The notes under the pieces: model-generated
What the model saw: only the letters and a program-made list of their open reading frames with translations
Database searches by the model: none
Told to the model about the DNA's origin: nothing
Shown: one piece after another, positions 24,617 through 36,392 of the stretch
Position numbering within the stretch: the stretch's first letter is position 1
Layout of the letters: each line of letters starts with the position of its first letter
Program-made: the position numbers and the translations under genes
Assembly (NCBI RefSeq): GCF_046119375.1
Contig: NW_027362762.1
Location: 779,092,001-779,156,000 of the forward strand
Length of the DNA stretch: 64,000 bases
DNA from: Phyllobates terribilis
Lineage: Eukaryota
Reading direction: 5' to 3'

Positions 24617-26419
24617 ATCTATTTCTCCATTGGACATCTTGTATCCGTGTACCTAGTCTGAAATTGTTTTCTTTGGATTCTATTAGCTTGATACTTTATA
24701 ATTTGTGCAGCTGCCAAACCTAAGTATCTCTCGGTATTACTGACTCTGTTTAACTGAGCCGCCGACCCCTATTTCGCACCAACTGTCAATGAACAGATGG
24801 CCGCATGTGCACAACTCTCTGTTCATTTCTATGGGAGTTTTGAAAGTAGAGAAGCAAGTGTGTTTAGCTCTATTTAGAACTCCTATGGAAGTGAATGGAA
24901 TATGCTGTGAATGGACACCCACCTCTCCATTCTGAGCAGATACCAGATGGGGGTTGGCCATTAATTTTAAAGTATTAGTCTCTTTCATGGTTTACCCTAC
25001 ACAGCTCTCTACTCTTTGGCATTTCCTATGCCACTGCTCACTCCAGTCGGGGACTAAAGTAAGATTTATGGCTTGGCACACGGGAGCACACGCCACTCGT
25101 CAGACACTCCAGGTTCATGAAGAGGTGTGCTTCTTGGCCACAGTGTAACAATGGGGAGGACACAGTGCTTGTCCAAATGTGGCTCCTTTAAACAGCTTAT
25201 TGCCCATGAATTTTAATAAACTGGAAATCTGCTTAAGCGCCAAAGTATTCAGAAAAATAAAGGTAAAAAATAGCTTGAGCAGAAGTTGTGGGACCAGCAA
25301 TTTATTGGTGATCAAAACAGAACTACAAAAATAAAAAAAAGTCTTATTGCTGGAAATATTTGTCAAGACCAAAAGCAACAGAGGAATAGTGTATAATACG
25401 ACATACAGTAAGCATGCTAGGAATGTATCGGGCAGCACCAACACTATTTTCATTTATATTACTCTTCTTTCTTTCAGAGTTGTATTTTCCTAATATTTAA
25501 ATTAACTTTAATCTCCATTAAATCTGGTCAGATCCAGCAATGAGTATGAGAATCCATTATTGTAAAACTGTAAAATAAACTCTAATTGCAATATCAAGCA
25601 AAATAAATATAACATTGAAGCCTTTGTTTAATTGGAAACTGGAAAACACAATGTTACACATAGAGATTGGCCGCTTAAAGCAATATCATGCGCATGTGTA
25701 TCATTGTGGAGGGCTCCATATGTGGAGAGGGCTAAGGTGCTGAGCTTTGTCCACACGTGGTTAATGCTACATTACATATTAGTGATGAGCGAGCACTAAA
25801 ATGCTTGGGTACTCGTTGCTCGGGTCGAGCAAATTGGAATACTCGGGTGCTTCTATGGGAAACTCGAGCATTTTTCAGGCGGCTCCCCCCGGCGGTCTGC
25901 AGAGGGCCTAAAAATTGCCCAAATCGATGGGAACAGTGCTCAAATGACATGGGAACAGCATGGGGAAGACCCCTGGAAGCATCTCTGACTCCCAGATCAC
26001 TGCTGTCAGCAACGTAGTCAGAGTATTATGCCACTTTTACGGACTCACAATAAAACATACAAAAACGAAACCAAAATGGATTTTCCTGGGAAATATGTTA
26101 AGGAACATCCTTTCCAGGGTAATGACTTGTATATAAGGCAAAATAAATAAACAAAAACAAAAATACTCCTTCACAACTTGGGCTATGTTCACACGTAGCG
26201 TTTTTGATGCGTTTCTGCACTTTTGAATTGCTTTCAACCAAGACAAATGCATTCACCAGGAAATGTCATTTTAGCATTTTACAACCTTATCTGGTCATGT
26301 GGTGTGTGACACATCATCAGACACAAGCATACAGTGCTGAAAAGACATGGGAACAGAATGGGGAAGACCTCTGGAAGCATCTCTGACTCCCAGGTCACTG
26401 CCTAAAAGTGTGCCCATCA

Positions 26420-27560
26420 TAAGAGATCCTTGGCGCATGCGAAGATGCCTCCCGCCATGCACCTGTCGTTGCAGACTTGCAACAATCACAGTCCACGTCC
26501 TTGTCCCACTGCAGCGTTCAATTGTCCCTACCCCATTCCTTGGAATGCAAGCGCAAGTATGCAGGCAGCCAGCCACCCACCCACAGGCTGCAATACTATA
26601 CTGCCAAATTTTTGACAGCAGCTTGCACTTGAAATGTGGCCTTTTAGGCTCGTGGAGGCGGAAGCTTTTCACAACCTCATGCCGGCGGTGGCCGGGTGTC
26701 CATACTTGGTCCCCAGCCGCCACTATATTTCCCCGTATCGCCTCCGCCTTCCACAAGCACGGGTCCCACAACATTACCCATGCCCTCCCCAGTGCACTTA
26801 CTGGGAAGGACCGCCTAACCACAAACACGTGAACAGGTGAATGTGGACAGAGACGGTACGGAGCCAGTCCACAACTTTTTTTGCTAAGAGTTGTATTTAG
26901 CTCGGTGAAAGGACTGGCATAGAGGGAAACCGTATCTACCCTGAGTCCAACATCAACTCGCACTTGTCGGTGGTGCTTTGACACACACACACACATCTTT
27001 CTTTGCGCATTTAATTTCATGAATTCAGAGTTGGACAATTGCCTGATCTGTAATGCGTTTTGAGAAATAACATGCATAAGCATGGCCGATCCACATTAAA
27101 AAATCAGCCATAGAGTGTCTGGGAACCTTCCCCCACACTTTTCTTAGCCAGGGCTGCTTTTCGGCAGGGTTGGATGGGCCCACCAGAGAACCGGAGACTC
27201 CTCCGGCGGGCCCTGGCTTCTCCTTCAGGAGAGTTCAAAGTGCTGAGGTGAGGCCATGATGATGATAGAGGCCACCATCTGCTTAGTTTTTTGTTACTTG
27301 GAATGCGAGTGCAAGTATGCAGCCACCCACCCACCCACAAGCTGCAACACTAAACTGGCGGAAGCTTTTCACAACCTCATGCCGGCGGCAGCTGGGTGTC
27401 CATACTTGGTCCCCAGCCGCCACTATATTTCCCAGTATCACCTCCGCCTTCCACAAGCACGGGTCCCACAACATTACCCGTGCCCTCCCCAGTGCACTTA
27501 CTGGGAAGGACCGCCTAACCACAAACATGTGGACAGGTGAATGTGGCCAGGGACGGTACG
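26420..27560 (+). pseudogene. Two tandem degenerate hAT transposase fragments (~26420-26870 and ~27300-27560), antisense to the copy-1 transposase
   Basis: 'LEMWPFRLVEAEAFHNLM..LVPSRHY' is homologous to 'LEMLPFRLMETEAFRNLM..SVPSRHYFSR' at 53780-53990. Confidence 0.8.
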
Positions 27561-27956
27561 GAGCCAGTCCACAACTTTTTTTGCTGAGAGTTGTATTTAG
27601 CTCGGTGAAAGGACTGGCATAGAGGGAAACCGTATCTACCCTGAGTGTCATTTCTCCCAGGAAGTCCTCTAAAGCTGCTTGCACTTGAAGTGTGGCCTGA
27701 ACATTACTGCCGGTACTTTTCTGAGGGAATTTGCTTGCCTCCTACCAGCCTGGAATATTTCCATCAAACTATGGTATGACACCATGGTATTAGCACTGCC
27801 CCCAGTACCAGTAGCGAAGCCATCCCCAATTTCCTTCTCAGGAATTTTATTTGGTAGACTGAGTGGCTGCCCAAATACATTTTCTCACAAAGGAGCTGAA
27901 GATAGAGTGGCAGTAGGTGCAAGTTTCTCCAGCCTGTTCGATATTAGATGGTGAAC

Positions 27957-28083
27957 GGCAGCACATTGGATCAGTGGTTAGCACTGAAGCCTTGCAGCGC
28001 TGGGATCCTGGGTTCAAATCCCAGCAAAGACAACATCTGCAAGGACTTTGTATGTTCTCCCCTTGTTTGTGTGTGTTTCCTCC
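27957..28083 (+). mobile_element. tRNA-derived SINE fragment (V-SINE-like)
   Basis: A-box-like TGGATCAGTGG (27967), B-box GGTTCAAATCCC (28011), followed by TTTGTATGTTCTCCCC..GTTTCCTCC, as in V-SINE-type elements; 3' truncated. Confidence 0.8.
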
Positions 28084-29179
28084 TCAGTAAAAAAGCAGCC
28101 ATAGAGTGTCCGGGAACCTTCCCACACACTTTTCTTAGCCAGGACTAGTTCTCGGCAGGGTTGGACGGTCCCACCAGAGAATCCTCTGGTGTGCCTTGGC
28201 TTCTACCTCAGGAGAGTTCATGATAGCGCTAACTTTGCAGCTGCTATGTGGCTCTTGAGCAGGTGAGAAAGGTTAGCTCTCAGAATCAAATCTTCTGGTG
28301 GGCACAATGTTTTTCAATCTGAAACAGCTACTCAGTGGGAGTTGTATTTCACCACAGCCATAGTCTTTAGCTCGGTGAAAGGACTGGCATAGAGGGAAAC
28401 CGTATCTACCCCGGCTGTCATTTCTCTGTCACCAGGTTCCGCCCATTGTCACACACGACCATGCCTGGCTGTATGTTCAGCGGTGAGAGCCACAGATCAG
28501 GCAGCTTTCAACAACTCTGCAGCGCTGGGCAGTTTGTCAATTAAGCATGTTATCTTCAGCACAGCCTGTTGCCACTTGGCTAAGGCAGTGCTGCAGTGCT
28601 GTCAGCTTGTGAATGATGTGATCATTTCGGAGATGGAGGAGGAGGTGCATGAGCTGAACAATGTGATTACATTGAGGTTAAATTGGTGACGCTGTTTTTT
28701 ATACTAAAGAAAGATCCTATTGTTTTGTTTTTTTAACGTTATTTTTTAAGACAAATGCTTTCACCGGGAAATGTCATTTTAACATTTTACAACATCACCT
28801 GGTAATGTGGTGTGTGACACATCATCAGACACATCCTTTTTTATTTATGATGGAGGGACTCTGAAAGTCATAAAGCCTATTTTTACAGGGACATCAGACG
28901 GCGCTTACTATTCTTAAAAGGCCAGCAGTTGGCCCTAGCTATTGTTAGAGAGCCATCAGCCGGCTATGCTTTGTTGTTCCCATTATTAACAAGTTGGTCT
29001 CCTATACTGTTATTGCGTATCCAGTGACTGCAAGGGCTGCCAAAAATTTACATGCAACCCAATACCCCTTTGAAGAGACATAGAGAAGGGTCTCAGTAAA
29101 AAAAATGTTCCCAATATAAAGGAGCGGGTCTCCTATAGTGGTAATGACCATGCTGTGACTGCAAGGGCTGCCACAATTT

Positions 29180-29683
29180 GGGAAAAACCCCAAGAAGAAT
29201 TTAAAGACACATAGAGCAGGGCCAAAGTAGCAAAGCACGACATGTTCCCATTAGAAAGGAGAGGGTCTGCTATACAGTTATAGGGTATGCAGTGAGTCCA
29301 ACGGCTGACCAATTTTAGGAAAAACCCCACTAAGAATTTAAAGACACATGGAGCAGGGCCACAGTAACAAGGTGCGACATGTTCCCATTAGAAAGGAGAG
29401 GGTCTGCTATACACTTATAGGGTATGCAGTGAGTCCAGCGGCTGACCAATTTTAGGAAAAACCCCACTAAGAATTTAAAGACACACAGAGCAGGGCCACA
29501 GTAACAAGTACGACATGTTCCCTTTAGAAAGGAGAGGGTCTGCTATACAGTTATAGGGTATGAAGTGAGCCCAACGGCTGACCAATTTTAGGAAAAACCC
29601 GACTAAGAATTTAAAGACACACGGAGCTGGGCCACAGTAACAAGGTATGACATGTTCCCATTAGAAAGGAGAGGGTCTGCTAT
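29180..29683. repeat. ~137-bp VNTR in the hAT 3' region; resumes at 35706-35950 after the LTR insertions (~6 units)
   Basis: GAATTTAAAGACAC anchor at ~29196, 29335, 29472, 29608, 35771, 35908. Confidence 0.85.
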
Positions 29684-30723
29684 TGTGTCACCCTGGCCTG
29701 GATGCCACAAATATAATAAAGCTGTGTCTGAGAGCAAGGGGGAGGTTCTCTGGTCAGGGGAACATTAGCATGCAATACCTCCTGTCTCAGGTCAGTAGGG
29801 GGAGCAGGCTGCCCCTATAAAAGCTGGAACTGTGGGCAGGGTTAGGGAGAACTGGACGACCTGTCTCTGGATTGAGAGGTGTCCCAGAGCAGTGAGGGAC
29901 AGTTGTATTGCACCCTATGAGGACGTGTGGCAGTAGGAGAGCCACAAGCCAGGGACAAGAGGTGAAGTGCACCTGTCCTGGCAGACAAAGAACCCAATTT
30001 ACCAGACTTTGGCGTCAGAGGCTGTGAGGACTCCACGTCCTACAGCAGATAACCAGCCCGCAGGGGACTGTATGTTCCTTGGCCTAAGAAGCCCGGAGGT
30101 TCTGCCACACCAGAAGGGACCAGCAAAGCCGTACCAGGCCGGGAATACAAAGGGACCCAAGTTGCAGGCCATACTGGCGAGAAGACACGGTGAGCTCGGG
30201 AACGTGGGCTGTTACCCTATAAGGAGGAAATAGCCAGAAGGAGCGCAGAGAGCACGGTAGGCCTACATCCTCACCCTGACCAGGGCCAATTTCCCATTTG
30301 CTCTCAGACGTCCAGGCCCCCCCCTTCCTAGCCGGGCCTGTTTGTGGGTCAGTTCACCTGTTCTAGTAAAGACCCTGGACTTCAACCTGTTGTCTGTGTG
30401 CTCCTTGCTCCTCCAGCACTAACAGCGCTGGGACGCCCTACACCATCACCCCCATCTTCTACTATACTGCCCTGGGGCCGCACTCCTCCCGTGGGGAGTT
30501 ATACAGTCTCAGCTGCACACACTATCAGCCCCAGCGGTCTGCACTGCAGCGGCGGTTAACCCTGACCGAAATCCACAGGTGGCATAGTCGGACATCACTT
30601 AAAACTTATAAAGGGACTACCACTGGTCTGACCACCCTGAGCCACGGACTGGGTCACCACTACTACCCCCGACGTCTCCCTATTGCCCGGTTCCGAGTGC
30701 CCCACGGCCCAGGGGGCGAGTCA
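29684..30723 (+). mobile_element. Solo LTR (1040 bp), same family as the LTR at 57028-57873
   Basis: TG...GGCGAGTCA; 4-bp TSD CTAT (29680-29683 / 30724-30727); colinear with 57028-57873. Confidence 0.9.
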
Positions 30724-31153
30724 CTATTGTTAGAACTCTCCTGTTAGCTTTTTTCTATTATGCTGGTCACATGACCGTTTTTGCCTATTTAATCCTGCTC
30801 TGCCCTTCTGGCCTTGCTGGACTTCATTGTAATTTCTACTCTTAAGCTAGCCAGGTGCTTTGTTACCTTTCTCAGTCAGTTTAGCTAGGTCTTTTGACCT
30901 CTATGTTCTATGTTGTTTGTTTGTCTTTTTACTGCTACAATTTCTGCTAGGAGGTGTCCATCTTTCTCCCAGTCCCTAGTTCTTGTAGGGATCCCTTCCT
31001 CACATCTATAGGTCTTCGTTCAGACTAGCTGAGGACTTTAGCGGGTCTGATCGCAGGATCAGGTTCCCCGTTACATCGTAGGGATCTAGCTTAGTTCTAT
31101 TGTAGGGACAGATCTCCTGTCTTTCCTTAGTGCTTGTAGCAGATCATAACAGT

Positions 31154-31162
31154 AAGTCCAGC
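31154..31162 (+). promoter_or_regulatory. Putative self-priming primer-binding site
   Basis: AAGTCCAGC, 2 nt after the 5' LTR, is the exact reverse complement of GCTGGACTT at 30816-30824, which lies 30 nt after TATTTAA (30786). It lacks the TGG of a tRNA PBS. Confidence 0.7.
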
Positions 31163-31201
31163 CCAAAAAAATTCTCTAAGGAAAGACCTCCAGTTTCCAT
31201 C

Positions 31202-34200
31202 ATGGTGTCGGTTCAGGATTTGGCTCAACGCCTGCAGGGACTCTCTTTGGAGGTGGCCGAGCTCCAACAACACGTGAGTAGCTGTTCTGGAGCGCATTTT
31301 GTGGAGCCAAAGGTACGATTGCCTGATTAATTTTTTGGTGAACAACAAGATTTTTTTTCCTTTAAAAATGCTTGTTTATTGTATTTTCGTTTGAGACCCA
31401 GATCCTCTGGTGATGAATCACAGCGCATAGGGTTCATAATGTCACTTTTGCGCAAAGAACCTCAGGGATGGGCCTTTTCTCTCCAACCTAGTGATCCGTG
31501 CTTTAGATCAGTGGATAGTTTTTTTTTCTGTTTTGGGGTTGTTGTATGATGATCCTGATCGTGTCTCATCAGCTGAGACGGAATTGAGACATTTGAGGCA
31601 GGGATCAGGTAATGTGGAAAATTATTGTACTCACTTCCGTCGGTGGTCTGCTCAGGTGGGGTGGAACGATTCAGCTCTGAAAAGTTTGTTTCTTGCTGGG
31701 CTAGGTGAAAGGGTTAAGGATTTGCTGATTGCTTATCCCACACCTGGAAACTTGCAGGAGGCAATGCAATTAGCTATACGGGTGGACAGGAGACAGCGTG
31801 CAAGGGTTAATGAGAGTAAATCCTCTGCCATGTCAGCTCCGAGTCTTGAGAGGGTCTGTACTGACACTGGAGAGCCGATGGAGATTGGGAAGATGTCACC
31901 CCGCTCTCAGGAAAAAGACCGCAGGTTTTCTGGAGGTTTGTGCTTTTATTGCGGCAAATCTGACCATTTCATTAAGAACTGTGTGCTTCGTATGAACAAA
32001 GAAAAAAAAAAGGTCAGTTACACCCGTATAGCCTGTTTAAACACTAAGGGTGTATTTCTTTCTGCTACTACCGCAGCTCAGGAAGAATTAATTGAATTTT
32101 GGGTATTTGTGGATTGTGGTTCAACTCTGAATGTGATTGATGGGAGATTCTTGGAAAAACTTAATTTAAAACCCAAACCTTTGTCATCCCCTATTGCCGT
32201 GGTTTCTGTCGATGGCTCTCCCTTGAAATGTGTTACTCACAAGGTTTATGAATTTCCCCTCACTATTAATGGTATTCACCAAGAAAATTTGGATTTGGTG
32301 GTATTAAATAATTTGCCTTCTCCAGTAGTTTTGGGGTTGCCCTGGTTAAAATTGCACAATCCTGTACTGGATTGGTCTACCAATGAAATCAAGTCCTGGA
32401 GCCCTAAGTGTTATGACAAGTGTTGTAACGGGCGCATTGCTGCTGTGGATAAAGAGGAATTACCTGTACCTATTCAGGATTTTTGGAAAGTTTTTTCTGA
32501 GGAGGAGTCGCAAATTTTGCCTCCCCATAGAGACTACGATTGTACCATTGAATTTGTCCCTGGAGCGACTCTTCCTAAAAGTCGTTTATTTAATCTGACT
32601 ATTCCTGAGAGAAAGGCTTTGGAGGAATACATACAGACGAGCTTGGCCGCCGGTCATATCAGACCCTCTAAGTCACCTGTGGCTGTTGGATTTTATTTTG
32701 TTAAAAAAAAGGACGGCGGTTTATGTCCTTGTTTGGACTTTCGCGAGATTAATAAAATTACTGTATGCAATCCCTACCCACTGCCATTGATTCCTGATTT
32801 GTTTAACCAATTAGTGGGGGCCAAGTGGTTCTCTAAAATTGATCTCCGGGGGGCATACATTTTGTTGCGCATGAAGGAGGGTGATGAATGGAAGACTGCT
32901 TTTAACACTCCTGTGGGTCATTTTGAGAATTTGGTTATGCCTTTTGGTCTTACCATTGCACCAGTATTTTTTCAGAATCTTATTAATGACATCCTTAGAC
33001 CTTTGATCGGCAAAAATGTGGTTGTGTATTTGGATGACATTTTGATTTATTCGCCTGACCTGGAGTCTCATTGGCGGAGCGTACGTGAGGTATTGTAGTT
33101 ATTGATTGACAATTCGCTTTTTGCTAAGCTGGAGAAATGTGAGTTCGCTGTACAGAGAATTATTTTTTTGGGCTACATTATCTCCAGCGAGGGCTTTGAG
33201 ATGGACCCGGTGAAAGTTCAAGCTGTGCAGGAATGGCCTAGGCCTATTGGTTTGAAATCGATACAGAGGTTTTTGGGTTTCGCCAATTATTACAGAAAAT
33301 TCATTAAAAATTTTTCTATTATTGTTAAACCACTGACCGATCTCACCAGGAAAGGTTCTAATATGGTTCAGTGGACTGCTGAGGCCATTGAAGCTTTTGT
33401 GTGTCTAAAGGAGAGGCTCAGCTCTGCCCCCATCCTTATGCAGCCTGATGTGACTAAGCCGTTTTTGGTTGAGGTTGATGCTTCTTCTGTGGGGGTCGGT
33501 GCGGTGTTGTCTCAGGAAAACAAGGATGGAGTACATCCCTGTGCCTTTTTTTCAAAAAAATTTTCTGAGACTGAACTTAATTACGATATTTGTAATCGGG
33601 AATTGCTGGCTATTAAACTCGCATTTGAACACTGGCGTCATCTCTTGGAAGGTGCTGATTTTCCAATTCAGGTTTTCACTGATCATAAAAATCTGATCTA
33701 TCTTGATGCTGCCAAGCGCTTGAATGCCCGTCAGGCTAGGTGGGCACTTTTTTTTTCGCTGTTTAATTTTTCTGTTACTTACATCCCGGGTACCAAGAAT
33801 GTTAAAGCTGATGCTTTGTCTCGCAGCTTTTCTCCCATGGTCGGTGCTGAGGAGGAGGAGAGCATTTTACAAGAAGGTGTTGAGATTGCTGCATTGGACT
33901 CCGTTTTGGAAGATGAGATTCTTAAAGCACAGGAGAATGCCCCATCTAACACTCCCCATGGGAGGTTGTTTGTGCCTAGGACCTTTAGGAGAGATTTGTT
34001 TGTTGAGTGTCATGAGTCTCGGTTGGCAGGTCATCCTGGAATTTCTGAGACCAAGAGACTTGTGGGTCGCAGTTTTTGGTGGCCTGGATGGCAGAAGGAG
34101 GTCATTAAGTGGGTGCGTCAATGTACTGTGTGTGCTAGATCTAAGTCTTCACAAACTCCTGCTGCGGGGTTGCTTTGCCCTCTGGAGGTTCCTAGTGCAC

Positions 34201-35270
34201 CTTGACACATCTGGCTATGGACTTTATTACTGACCTTCCCCCCCTCTGAGGGTTTCACGGTCTTCTGGGTGGTCGTGGACCGTTTTAGCAAGATGTGTCA
34301 CTTGGTTCCCTTCATCAAACTGCCCTGCGCTAAGACACTCGCTAAGGCCTTTGTCAAGGAGATTGTCAGACTCCATGGTGTTCCTACTGACATTGTTTCT
34401 GATAGGGGACCTCAGTTCGTGGCTCATTTTTGGCGTGCCTTTTGTGACAGGTTGGGAGTTCATTTGTCATTTTCATCTGGATATCATCCTGAGTCTAATG
34501 GCCAGACAGAAAGGAAGAACCAGGATGTTGAGCAGTTCTTGCGTTGTTTTGTGGCAGACAATCAAGAGGGGTGGTCTGAGTTTCTGCCGCTTGCTGAATT
34601 TGCTCTTAACAACCATACATCCTCTTCTGCTGGGTGTTCGCCTTTTTTTTGCTGTTCTGGGAGACATCCGTCTTTTGGGTCATTCTCCAAATTGGTATCG
34701 GCTGTGCCTGAGGAGGAGAGTTTTTCCGGTGATTTGGAAAGAGTTTGGACGGATGTGCGTGGCAATCTTCAGGAGGCTAACAAAAAATCTAAGAGGTACT
34801 TTGACAGGAAACGTCAAGAGGTTTTGTTTACGGTTGGTGACATGGTTTGGTTGTCCTCTAAGAATCTGCGGTTGAGGATTCCTTCTAAAAAATTGGGTCC
34901 CAAGTTTGTAGGGCCCTTTAAGGTGCTTCAGGTAGTTAACCAATCTGCTGTTAGGTTGGAGGTACCTACCTCCTGGAAGATTAATCCGGTGTTTCATATT
35001 TCTCTATTGAAAAAAGCTTATGCATCAGATAGAGACGCCACTGCCACTGTTCCTACGGTGGTGGAGGAAGGGGAATATGAAATTTCCCGCATCCTTAATT
35101 CTAGACGGTATGGAGGGAGTTTGCAGTATCTCGTCGCTTGGAAGGGTTTCGGTCCCGAGGATAACTCATGGGTGAGGGCAGATGATGTTTCTGCTTCCAG
35201 ACTTGTCAGAGCGTTTCACAAGAGCTTTCCTGATAAGCCTGGGCCTAGGGGATCCGGAGGATCCTCATAG
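31202..35270 (+). pseudogene. Chromovirus gag-pol (CA, CCHC knuckle, PR, RT, RH, IN, chromodomain) with stops at 31328 and 33096 and frameshifts at ~31520 and ~34205
   Basis: CFYCGKSDHFIKNC; FVDCGS; KIDLRGAY..YLDDILIYS; EVDASSVGVGAVL..ELLAIK; HESRLAGHPG..CTVC; VVDRFSK..SDRGPQF..NGQTERKNQ; EYEISRILNSR..QYLVAWKGFGPEDNSW. Confidence 0.95.
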
Positions 35271-36392
35271 AAGAGGGGGTACTGTTAGAACTCTCCTGTT
35301 AGGTTTTTTCTATTATGTGGTCACATGACCGTTTTTGCCTATTTAATCCTGCTCCGCCCTTCTGGCCTTGCTGGACTTCATTGTAATTTCTACTCTTAAG
35401 CTAGCCAGGTGCTTTGTTACCTTTCTCAGTCAGTTTAGCTAGGTCTTTTGACCTCTATGTTCTATGTTGTTTGTTTGTCTTTTTACTGCTACAATTTCTG
35501 CTAGGAGGTGTCCATATTTCTCCCAGTCCCTAGTTCTTGTAGGGATCCCTTCCTCACATCTATAGGTCTTCGTTCCGACTAACTGAGGACTTTAGCGGGT
35601 CTGATCGCAGGATCAGGTTCCCCGTTACATCGTAGGGATCTAGCTTAGTTCTATTGTAGGGACAGATCTCCTGTCTTTCCTTAGTGCTTGTAGCAGATCA
35701 TGACAACTATACAGTTATAGGGTATGCTGTGAGTCCAACGGCTGACCAATTTAAAAAAAAAAAACACTAAGAATTTAAAGACACACAGAGCAGGACCACA
35801 GTAACAAGTACAACATGTTCCCATTAGAAAGGAGAGGGTCTGCTATACAGTTATAGGGTATGCAGTGAGCCCAACGGCTGACCAATTTTAGGAAAAACCT
35901 CACAAAGAATTTAAAGACACACAGAGCAGGGCCATAGTAATGACAAATTCCCTTTAGAAAGGAGAGAGTCTCCCATAGTGTTGGCCTTTGCAGTGAATGC
36001 AAGGGCTGCCAAAAATTTGGAGGCACTTCAATGCCCCTTGGAAGAGACGTGGCGGAGGGCCTCAAAAATTTTTTTCCCATTAGAAAGGAGCGGGCCTCCT
36101 ACACTTGTAATGCCCATGCACTAAGTGTATGGGCTGACAAACATTTACCCCTGGGGGTATACATGAACATAATGTATAAAAAAAAAATTTCACGGGCATC
36201 ATAAACACCCTTTAAAAAAATTATGTGGGTGTTGCATCATGGATCAAGGTCACCCTGGTGATATGGTGGTGGAGAATGAGGAGAAGGAGGAGGACAAGAG
36301 CAAATAGACAAAATCAGGAAGCGTATACCCATGTGTGGGTGTGAAAAGGTGCATGGGAATACACCTCCCAAGAAATGACACTGGATTTGAGT

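Larger units (their letters stand above)
30728..35705 (+). mobile_element. Full-length sushi/Tf1-type chromovirus (Ty3/Gypsy), recently inserted
   Basis: LTRs 30728-31151 and 35283-35705 differ by 6 substitutions and 1 indel (counted by eye); 5-bp TSD ACTAT; PPT AGAAGAGGGGGTAC before the 3' LTR. Confidence 0.97.

Noticed and set aside
24374-24661. ORFs spanning the N run
   Set aside because: Artefacts of translating the assembly gap.
27957-28030. tRNA gene
   Set aside because: A and B boxes are present but there is no acceptor-stem closure, and it continues into a SINE body.
31990-32030. Chromovirus gag and pol appear fused in one frame without a frameshift
   Set aside because: An A10 homopolymer at the junction could have changed length by mutation or sequencing error, and a single gag-pol ORF is also normal in Tf1-type elements.
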